Source of the DNA: Neoconidiobolus thromboides FSU 785
Lineage: Eukaryota > Fungi > Entomophthoromycota
Direction: 5' to 3'
Assembly (NCBI GenBank): GCA_025603075.1
Contig: MU626380.1
Coordinates: forward strand, 1 to 62,272
Length of the DNA stretch: 62,272 nt
Numbering within the stretch: the stretch's first letter is position 1; each line of letters starts with the position of its first letter. This document shows positions 51,898 to 62,272 of this stretch, piece by piece. Under the pieces are notes generated by a model, which saw only the letters and a list, made by a program, of their open reading frames with translations, was not told the DNA's origin and did not search any database. The position numbers and the translations under genes are program-made.

Positions 51898-54800
51898 ATG
51901 TCCAATTTAAAAAATAACTACAATCATACAAAAGAACCAAAACTAGAAAACAAACCGAATAAGAATGAATATTATCCAATATCACAACCAACACAACCAC
52001 ATTATTTACCGATAAACCATTCAATTCCACCAACTATGCCTATTATGACAAGTTATGACATCAACTCATCAACAAACCAATATCGGCCAATAATTCCACC
52101 ACATTATACACCAAACTTACCTTATAATTTGTCTAATCCAACAACATTGTCATCAGCTTCAATACCATTACCGCCACATCCATACCCACCCTATATGTTA
52201 CCATCACATAATCAAGCTGCTTATTATCCACAGCAATATTATATGGATCCGATGAACTATTATAATCATTATAATGCAATGTATTCTCAAGTCTATAATC
52301 ATGAGAATTGGACAAATATTAATAATTCTCAAGCTTATCCAATACCTACAGGTCATTTGCCATCTCATCTATTAGCAGTCAATCCAATAGAAAAAAAATC
52401 AGATGGAGAAAAAAAAGAAATTAATAATGTTACTGGAGAAAAAAGAAAGGAGGGTTGTTTAGAAGAATATAATAATGGGGTTAATAATAAACAGGGGGGA
52501 ATGGGCTATAACACCAAGGGTGGGGAGATGAAGGAGTTGGGATCAGTCAATTTGTATAAAAAGGTATCTCAGATTGGTGAAGGTACATATGGTAAAGTTT
52601 ACAAAGGTTTAAATCAAAGGAATAATGAATATGTGGCATTGAAAGCATTAAGATTAGAAAAAGAAAAGGATGGGGTAAGAAAGTTAAAATTAAAAATTTT
52701 TAGCGTATACTTAATCATATTTGATTTACATAGTTCCCTATAACGGCGACACGAGAAATTAAATTATTACAAAATTTAAAGAATGAAAATGTAGTCCAAT
52801 TACTAGAAATGTTTATTGATAATGAATCTGTTTATATGGTCTTTGAATATATGGATTATGATTTAGCTGGGTTTTTAGCTCATCCTAATGTAAATTTAAA
52901 TGAAGATCATATTCGTCATTTAATGTTACAATTATTTAATGGCTTACAATTTTTACATAAGAAAAAAGTAGCTCATAGAGATCTTAAAGGTAGTTATTAG
53001 AATGATAATTTAATAATAACACTAGTGTTAATATAATGATATTATAACTAGTATATTTTGTATTTATATTCTTACATTTTATTTCTATAGGCTCCAATTT
53101 ATTATTAAATAAAAAAGGACAATTAAAAATAGCGGATTTTGGTTTAGCGCGAATATTAAATCATAAAAATAATATGGATTATACTAATAGAGTGATAACA
53201 CTTTGGTATCGACCACCGGAGCTATTATTAGGTTCAACTAACTATAATACAGAAGTAGATATGTGGGGAGCAGGGTAACTTATTATTTACTATTCTCATA
53301 TTATATAATAATTGTTAATTCACTAGTTGTATCATGATGGAATTATTAAAAGGTAAAGCGTTATTCCCGGGAATGGATGAATTTGATCAATTAGATAAAA
53401 TTTATTCGATTATGGGTACACCAAATGTATCAGATTGGCCAGAGATTGTAGATCTTCCATGGTATCAATTAATTAAAGTTAAAAATCATTATGAACCTAA
53501 ATTTATGGAGATTTGTAAAGGGTAAGTATTTATTATTTATTATATATTTATATTTATTTATTTAAATTAGTTCCATGAGTGATTCTGCATTTGACCTTGT
53601 TAGTAAATTGTTAATGATGGATCCTAAAAAAAGAATTTGTGCTTTAGAAGCCCTAAAGCATGATTTTTTTAAAATTGAATTAAAAGAAGATGTCTTTAAT
53701 TTCCCAGGATTAGAAGGAGATTGGCATGAATTTGAATATAAAGCTTGGAAAAAGGGGAAATTAATTAATCAACATAAAAAAGCTAAACACCAAGATTTAT
53801 CTACAAATGACAGTTTAAATAATAGTACTAATAAAGATACCAAGGATAGTAGTATAGAGAATGTAAGCTCTATTAAGAGTGATAAAATATCGACAATAGT
53901 ACTACAACCTATGACTAATAGCAATGAAAAAGAAAAAGAAATTGATGTTAATTTAATATCAAATAATGAGATAGCTAACTTAATCAATAAAGAAATAACG
54001 GCCGCTAAATTAATAGAAAAAACAAATAAATCAGGTATAAAAGATACGTTGTTAAGCTCAACGTGTATTAAAGAAGCTCTTAAAATAGATACTAATATTA
54101 ATATTCCAATGAATTCTGGAGAAGTTTCAACAGAAATATCAAATCAATCAACACCAAAATTACCTTCTCGTAATCCACCAACACCACCACCACCACCACC
54201 ACCACCACAAGACCAACCTCCACTTCCTAATACTCCACCACCAAAAGCACCAGAATCGTCGGATGAATTTAGTGATAATAACAGTTTTAAGGAGTTTATG
54301 AATCTACCACTAGAACCTCCTGCTAAGAAATATAAAAATTATAATGATAGGGAAGAGAATGATTTAAATGAGAGTGATTCATTAATTGAAACTAATTTGA
54401 AGGATATTGTATTAGATTGTAAATTAGATAAATGTAATAATATAGATAATAATAATTCATATGAAATAAATTTATCTAATATTGAAGGTAATAAAAAGGA
54501 GATAGATGGTAAGTTTATCAATTTAATATTATATTTCTATTAATAATAAATTGAAAATAGAAATGAGAAGTAAACGATTTTTTCCTCAAAGCTATAATCG
54601 TAAGTTGTTAAGTCGATCAAGACATCAATCACCAACAAGCATAATAAATAGTCCATCAGAAGAATCATTATCTGATTCAAAGGGTAAACAAAACGATAAA
54701 AACAAAAAACAATTTAATGATAATCATAGTAATAATAATATCAATTATTCACTTATAAAACAAAATAATCATAATTCATATTTAAAATCACCAATCAAGG

Positions 54801-55534
54801 ATAACTACCATTCAAATTATAGCACATCAAAGTACAATTTAACAACAACAAATAATAATAATAAATCAATAAGATATGATAATAATAAAGTATCACCATT
54901 ACATCATCGAAGACATTATAATGACTATCATTCAACAGATATAGCATATACACATTCTCATTTATCTTCCAGCAGAGGTAGATCTAAAAGTGGTCATCGA
55001 TATAGTACAAAACCAACAAGTTATTATGAAGAATATCAACAAGAAAACGAAAGAAAATATCGGGATTATAAAGATTATAAAGATTATAAAGATTATAAAG
55101 ATTATAAGGATAACAATTATCATTCACATAATACGTATTCAACAAGTAATTATGATACTCATGACACTAGAAGATATTCAGCGTCAATAAGAAATGAATA
55201 TTCTAATAACAATAATAACAATAATAGCAATACTTCTATAAGACATCCATTAAGCAATAGTTATTATCCATCGACTAGTAATAATAATAGAGATTTGAGA
55301 TCAAGTAGAATATTATCATCAAGAGAAGATTATTCAATTAGAAACGATAATCATCGAGACAAAAGAACATCAAAAGATTATTATTCTACTACCATTAATA
55401 ATTATGGAATAGATAATGGAGGAAGAGAATATGATAGGGAAAGAGGAAGGGATAGAGGAGATGATTATTATAAAGGTTCTGGTTATCAACCACCATATTA
55501 TTCCAGTAGATATTCCCATAGATCAAGGAGATAA
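51898..55534 (+). CDS. CTK1: CTD kinase (Ctk1/Lsk1/CDK12-13 family); exons 51898-52674, 52734-52989, 53091-53274, 53327-53521, 53571-54508, 54561-55534; ~1107 aa
   Basis: Motifs [31 protein letters not shown] and [19 protein letters not shown]. Exon phases are consistent. Confidence 0.9.
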
Positions 55535-55878
55535 AAACTAAGAGAAACTAAAGCTAATTAGAAGCTGATTGATGAGATCGAAATAAAGAGATTATAATAT
55601 AAAGATAGTAGTAAGATGAAATAATGAATTAATAGTATTTAATTTTGACAATAGATTTTTTACAATAATTGTAAAAATGAAGGAAATAAAATAGATTAAA
55701 TATAATGAAATTAAGATTAAAATTATTATATATTTGATATATTTTTTAAATGAAATTGAAATTATTACTATAGGATGGTAAACTTCTAACTTAGTTTATA
55801 AGTACTTACAAAAAAGGAACAAAAAAAATAGAAAGAAATCAATTTTAACATAGATGTATATTATATTATATTATATGT

Positions 55879-58800
55879 TTATAAAATGGAATTGGAATAA
55901 TATTGAAAGGTATCATAAAGTCTAGTAAATACATTACAAGAAGAAGATAATATCAACTTGTCCATCATATCTTCAATAGCTGCATCATTTAAATTTAAAC
56001 AAAATCTTTCCTTTAAATTAGATATGGTTGTTATACCACTTGAAAAACAAGGTAATTTGGAATCTAGTTTTAAAATAATTGTATTAATAAAATATTAATA
56101 AAATAATATATAATCAATATATAAATCAATAACTTACCTTTCTGCATCATTTCAGTTAATAATAAAATGTTATCAGCATATTTCCTTAATAATAAAAATC
56201 CCTTTTTCATCAGTTGTTTAAATTCTTCAAATTTAATGGAATTAACACCACCTAATATATCCAAATATTCTTGAGTCATTTTAAAAGGTGCTAACTCAAA
56301 TCCCACAGAACCCGGAGAATTCGATAGCATAAAACCAAAATCAATATGAACTAAATGACCTTCAGTGTCTACGAGGATGTTCCCATTATGTCGATCACGT
56401 AATTGAAGGATATAAGTAATTAACGAATAACCTACTAAACTTCTCATAAAATTATCTTGTGCTTTTAAAAAGGTAGAACTACTAGGATCACCAAATTCCT
56501 AAATTAAGTAGAAATATCAATAATTTATTAAAAAACTATTAATTAGCAATTCTTTTTTTACCCTAACAAAATGATCATATAATGAATAAATAACACCTTT
56601 AGTATTGTAACCTCTAGCATAGGCATCTTTCTTTAATGAATGAACTGAAATAGTATTCTTAACCATTTCCACAAATCCATTATCTTTGGATGTAATCATT
56701 ATATTAAATAATTTAACAAATATGTTACAATTGTTATCTTTCCAAATACGCTCCATTTCTTGAATTAATTGTAAAGCAAATTGTTCTTGTCTTAAATCCG
56801 CTCCCGTTTTGACTATTAATGGCAATAATTTCCAATTTTTCCTTTCTCCGAAGGGCGATTGTTGACGTATTCGTTTTTCTTTACTTTTCCAATCTTCTTT
56901 AAATACAGCAGCTATTTAAATTAATATAATTTTATATTAGTAACTTAGATTTGAAATAAAAAACCAAATTAATTTTATTACCACTTGGATCATCCCTATT
57001 ATAAACTGTTTTCATTAATTCCTTTTCATCGACTAATTCACCCCCATTACCCTCTCCACCCGAGCCACCAATACCAAACTTCATACCATAAGAATTCATT
57101 TTATCCATCCTATTTTTTTCCAATTGGGCCATTTCATTAATAATTTTTTCCCTGATTAATTCCTTGGAATCGACTTTATAGCTATTTGCTTTAGCTGAAG
57201 TACTTGTTTTTTGTTGATTATCTTTTTTATCTAATGTCAACTGAGCCAACATAACAGCCGCTGTTCTCATTGACTCACTATATTCGTCTTGTGCATTGGA
57301 ACTACGTCGAGATAATACTGATTGAAAATAAATTTGGTTTTGTTGACTATTATTACCCATAGTAACTTCACCTGAAAAAGCATCCGGTAATGGTGTGGTT
57401 TCATAAGCTTAGTTAAAGTTTAAATAAAAAATAAAGAATAAAATAAGAATAAAACTTACAATAAGAATCGGGTATCCCAACAGGTCTCTTTTGTTCTTCT
57501 GCTTTTTCAATTTCAATTCCTTTTTCATCTTCTAATACTTCAATAAATATTAAATAAGGTACCTAATCAAAAATTAAAAATATTAATAGTTAGAAATTGA
57601 ATAACCAATTCATTGAAATTTACTTACTCTTTCAGCCGAATTCAATACTACTGCATCTTTAGAAGAGATCCTTACTACTTTATGATGATAGGAATTTTGA
57701 TTATTAGTCGAACACCAAAGTGGGATACAAATATCGGCTGGTAAATTGTGATTTAATAAAGCCAATTCAGCCTGCAAAGAACTTTGTCTAGAAATTTTTG
57801 GAACTAAACAAAGTCGATTAGAGATACTCATTAAAGTCAATACAAATTGGATTTCGGTATGAAAATAATGCGAATTAATCATTTGTTTACTTGGTCTTCT
57901 TAAAGGGGTATAGTCACTATTTTCTGAATCTGATTCACAAAAATAACCTCTATCTTCACCTTCTGAATCATTAGGTTCCACTTCCCCAAATTTACTTAAA
58001 TCTCCGGAGCCTAGGGATAACCGGTTCTTTTTATTAAATGCTTTATCCGGTATTTGTAATCCAATTTGTTTATTAACCACACTTTTCTTATCCAAATACC
58101 TCAATAATGAGAATGCTTGTCCGTTTCTCAACTCTTCTAAACTAGGTGTTGAAAAAGCAACTAATTGATTTGGATCATATTCATCTGGACTGGGTGGATC
58201 CGTTAATGATACGATTGGTTTGTAACCATCTTTTAACATGTGCATTCCTTTATCGTTATCAGCTGATTTCCTTCTTATATTTGAATCGAACGATAGTTTC
58301 TCATTCATTCTTACACTACTACTAGGGCGTGGTCTAGATTCTATAGTTGGTGGTGGCGCTAAATTATATAATTTTGGTCGACTACCTTCGGCTAAAGCCA
58401 TATCGCTAGCTACTTTAGCTAACTTTGGAGATACTAAAGAAAACATGATACTAGCCATACCCATCATTGCAGGGGCTATATTTTCTTTAATTTTATCTTG
58501 TTTTATTGAAGTTGATATTGAGTTAGTAGAAGAGTTATGTGCTAATGAAGGATTTTTTATACTTAAATTTTGTTCTTGAAATAAGATTTTTTGACATTTT
58601 TTTAAGATTCGTCGACAGATCTTATACCCCGGGTGTAAAACTTGATCCCCTATATCTGAATTATAAGCATCAAAATACCAATAAGTCTAATTCAAGAAGA
58701 AATATCAGAAATGATGATAAGGTTCTATGTTTTATAAAAGTAAATAAAATTACCAATATTGCAAAATGGTTATTAGTTAAACATAAGTTGATTAAAAATA

Positions 58801-59113
58801 ATTCCACTGCTATGGAGTTGGGACGAGTGATTAAGAAATGACTAATTTATAAAAATTAAATTATAAAAATAGTTAATTAACAATTATTAATATAGCATAA
58901 ATGTTCTATAAAAATAGACTAAAAACCAATATTAACTTACCATAATTGAGGTAAAAAAAATATAGTCTCATTATTTGGAAACTCTTTTAATCGATTACAT
59001 AAATAATGTTGAATACCAATATTCTCTGGATAACGATGTAAATAAGATACAGCAAACCAAGGGTTAAAAAATTCACTATTAAATAAACGTAATAATAAGG
59101 AATGACTGGACAT
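55879..59113 (-). CDS. PIK1: Phosphatidylinositol 4-kinase III beta (8 exons)
   Basis: LLRLFNSEFF...FLPQLC, LPADICIPLW, AERVPYLI, VKTGADLRQE, DRHNGNIL, HIDFGF, FELAPFK and RLYDTFQY. Confidence 0.95.
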
Positions 59114-59477
59114 GAATTGTGATGTTATATTTGTGTTAATTATTCTCTTTCCTTTATATTTCTTCTTTTTGTATTGATATTTAGTTTTAAAACTACTGCA
59201 ATCGTACGTTGGTATTATTAAATAAAAGTTCAAAACAAAATCAATGCTTTGAATTCAATTTGATTTGCTTACTTAAATTCAATTATGATTGATGGTTTTT
59301 TTAAAATTAACACATTTAAAGTTGTTTATTTGGTTAAATAAAATAATTCTAAAATAAATTCAATTTTATAAAGAGTGGTATTAATTGATAATTAACTAAT
59401 TATTAACAATAAAAGTGATTTATTATTGGAACTTTTTATCACTGATTGAATAACTGATAGATTATTTAGATAGTTAT

Positions 59478-59529
<52 letters not shown>
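59478..59529. repeat. (AAT)n microsatellite adjoining MITE copy 15
   Basis: Seen directly. Similar (AAT)n tracts occur in coding regions (poly-Asn) and at about 35385-35420. Confidence 0.9.
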
Positions 59530-59531
<2 letters not shown>

Positions 59532-59533
59532 TT

Positions 59534-59631
59534 GAGGATGTTTTTTTGGCTTTATTACTTTTTCCATTTTTTAAGCGCTATTTGAGCAGAAAATTTGTTA
59601 GTAGAAATTTTAAGCATAAAAGTACATCCTT
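59534..59631 (-). mobile_element. MITE family A copy 15
   Basis: GAGGATG...CATCCTT, no clean TSD. Confidence 0.8.
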
Positions 59632-60008
59632 ATTATTATTGTTTAAAATTATATTAGTTTTTATTACATGAAAATTTGAAATTCAATTTTATATATTAGA
59701 AGGAAATAATTATTTTCTAAATACTTTCTTTTTTTCAACCAATCAGAATTTATTAAGTTAATGTGATTGGACCACATAAAACTGCTATAGAGATGTCTTA
59801 AACATTTTGTTCCTTTTCCAAAAATAAAACTTTAAATCTTACCAATTTCACCAGAATAAAAAAACATCCCCCATATTAACTTCAAAAACCAAATACAGAA
59901 TATTCAGAAAGAACCTACTAGAGTTAAAACTAACTCAATATAAAAATAGAATTTTAACATAATAAATTTTAATAAAATAAAGTTTTAATGTAAACTTTTC
60001 TAGGAAAT

Positions 60009-60107
60009 GGGGATGTATTTTTTGATTTAAGAATTTTGCTAATAAATTTTCCGCTCAAATAGGGGTCAAAAAATGGAAAAAGTGATGAGACTAAAAAAAA
60101 CATCCTC
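60009..60107 (+). mobile_element. MITE family A copy 16
   Basis: GGGGATG...CATCCTC, no clean TSD. Confidence 0.82.
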
Positions 60108-60803
60108 AATGTTAAAACGATGAGATTGAATATTCATAAGTAAAAATTAACAAAATGATAAAAATTTATATTATATTATTGTTTTTGTTATGCTTTTTGC
60201 TTGCAATTATCAATTGCCAGAGTTTTACACATTTTTCAAAAGGGTGTATACTATAAAAACTTTCTATTTCTATTTCTATTTCATAGTAGTATTAATACTA
60301 AAATATGGTACATCAATAATATATTAGATCATTTAATAAAATTGATTTAAATTGAAGTTCAAACTTAAGCCATTAAACTAAAGATTGAAATAGATAAGAT
60401 CAACTTGATATTTTAAAATTTCAAAGTATAATAGAAAATATTACTAATTAATAAGTAAAACATTTAATATACTAATATAAAAAATAAACTATCATATGTA
60501 ACTACACTAACAATTTAATATATTTTAATAATAACTTCAGTTTTCAACCCAAAATTTTACTATTTAAGTCTTTAACCTTCTTTTCTATATAAAATGGCTA
60601 TATTTAAAATAAACAATATTTCTTACTAAGCCACTGATACATTAACACCAAACTATAATACTCACTACTAAAATCAGTCAACTAAAAATAGCAAATAAAT
60701 TTATACCAATTTAATCTACAAACATATTCAAAATTAATATGTTGTAATACAACTTAACTCATATAAAGCCCTCTAACGCTTCATTAAAAAATCTAAAAAA
60801 ACG

Positions 60804-61409
60804 ATGTTTTATTTCATAACTCTCTTTTTATTAATAAATGTTGACTTTGCCCTTGGAAAACTTCAAGGAGCCCAACATGTCAGCTATCATGAATATTTCG
60901 CTTCCCGTAGTATATTACAAACCAATCCAGTATTTTGTGAGATTCCAATCCAGCAGCTCGATATAGAACATATTACTGCTGTTCAAGGATTAGAATTCAA
61001 AGATTGTGGTACCTGTCTTCGAGTGAAATCTGTCTACAATTCATCCTTAGTTCAATATGTCATGGCTATAGATAAAGGAGGATTAGGATTAGATTTAAAT
61101 ACATTTTCATTTAAAATATTGAAAAATAATCAATTAGATGGTTTAGTTAATGTCAATTGGGAAGTTGTGAACTCATTGTATTGTAAAGATGTAGTGACTG
61201 GAAGCTTTAAATTGCCAGGATATATCAGTAATTTAAGATTACCATATCTGGAAAGTAAGAACGGTGGCAAGGGAAATAAAAGAGTTGAAGAAATTGATGA
61301 GTATCAGGAAAAATCGAAATATCAACCTGTTGTTGATACTAAATCTACGAATACAATTGATGAATCTCAACAAGTAGAAGAATTTGATACATTTGATATT
61401 TATGATTAA
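60804..61409 (+). CDS. Secreted DPBB (RlpA/barwin/expansin-like) protein with an acidic tail, 201 aa
   Basis: Signal-peptide-like N-terminus and the pattern CGTCLRV...VMAIDKGGLGLDLNTFSF. Confidence 0.75.
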   Translation: MFYFITLFLLINVDFALGKLQGAQHVSYHEYFASRSILQTNPVFCEIPIQQLDIEHITAVQGLEFKDCGTCLRVKSVYNSSLVQYVMAIDKGGLGLDLNTFSFKILKNNQLDGLVNVNWEVVNSLYCKDVVTGSFKLPGYISNLRLPYLESKNGGKGNKRVEEIDEYQEKSKYQPVVDTKSTNTIDESQQVEEFDTFDIYD

Positions 61410-61509
61410 ATCTAAATTTAAAAATTGATAAAATGAAAAATAAAGTAAATTTATTGAGAATGTTTTATTCGTTTTTATATTATCATAGTTAATTAGTAAG
61501 GAAAGAAGT

Positions 61510-61977
61510 TTAGTAGTTGTTATAATTGTCATTATATCTATTATTGTAGTTATTTCCCTTCCTTGAGTAATCTCCACTATCATAGTTATCATAATCCCTA
61601 TCATAGTCACCCTTATAACCATAGTTATCATAGTTATCGTAATTATCATAATTATCATGATCATGATCGTCATATCCATAGTTATGTTTGTAGTTATTAT
61701 GATATTTCTTATTCCTCATATTATTATTCTTCTTCTTAGGAATTGTTTTCTTTCCACTAATTTCTTCAATTTCTTGAACTTCTTCAACAATCACCTTTCC
61801 TTTATTCGAATTATTAGGTTTATTGATGTTATTATGAGTAAGATCATCCACAATACTTAATGTAGCTGGTGAACTTGCTTCATTTGTCAATAAGCTTAGG
61901 ACATTACCTACAGTGTCATTTGGAACTGGGATAGCCAAAATAGCAGTGATGAGTAAAATAGTAGTAAAAGACTTCAT
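61510..61977 (-). CDS. Small secreted protein with a Tyr/Asp/Asn repeat C-terminus, 155 aa
   Basis: MKSFTTILLITAILAIPV signal-like start, intronless ORF, YDNYDNYDNYG... tail. Confidence 0.75.
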   Translation of the reverse strand: MKSFTTILLITAILAIPVPNDTVGNVLSLLTNEASSPATLSIVDDLTHNNINKPNNSNKGKVIVEEVQEIEEISGKKTIPKKKNNNMRNKKYHNNYKHNYGYDDHDHDNYDNYDNYDNYGYKGDYDRDYDNYDSGDYSRKGNNYNNRYNDNYNNY

Positions 61978-62272
61978 TTTTTGACTGGGTTTTATATCAA
62001 ATAATGTACTATAATTAATAGTTTTGTTTTTTATAGTTATTTTGAAATGATATTAATTACTTTATATACTATTTATTATTGCTTAGAATTCAAAAACTCA
62101 TTCTAAAACCATGGGATATCAACATTTAAATAATCATTAAAAATGTGAGTATCTTGTTCTATCAACTATAAAAACATGATTTAACATCCATCATATTCAT
62201 TTTACATTTAATTCTAATTTATTTTGACTATTCTTACCAGATTAAAATACCAGTTAGCTTGTTCAGTTTAAA

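Noticed and set aside
55071-55110. (DYK)4 repeat resembling a FLAG tag or vector contamination
   Set aside because: It is a 9-bp slippage repeat (GATTATAAA) inside a native low-complexity exon and lacks the DYKDDDDK sequence.

Overview
This is very AT-rich eukaryotic genomic DNA with short GT-AG introns (mostly 44-67 nt). The gene content is fungal, and an early-diverging fungus (for example Zoopagomycota/Entomophthorales) is my inference, not something the sequence proves. I can model 21 protein-coding genes: two tandem secreted amidases, an orphan 542-aa ORF, IFRD, SNF1, DPB4, an F-box/LRR gene, PTH4/ICT1, a TrhO/TSTD2-type rhodanese, ACL4, ARF1, two EBP sterol isomerases, a Net1/Dnt1-like nucleolar protein, a divergent Yta7/ATAD2-like AAA ATPase, MMM1, two C2H2 zinc-finger factors in an 18-kb gene desert, CTK1, PIK1, a secreted DPBB/expansin-like protein and a secreted Tyr/Asp-rich protein. 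DPB4 and PTH4 are absent or only fragmentary in the ORF track because of their small exons. The most striking structure is a dense family of ~98-bp miniature DNA transposons (18 copies, all intergenic) with GGGGATG...CATCCCC termini and 4-bp AWWT target-site duplications, resembling Sola-type elements. They occur as tandems, palindromes and inverted pairs and show CpG-type decay. I found no tRNA, rRNA or CRISPR array. All alignments were done by eye and no database searches were run.
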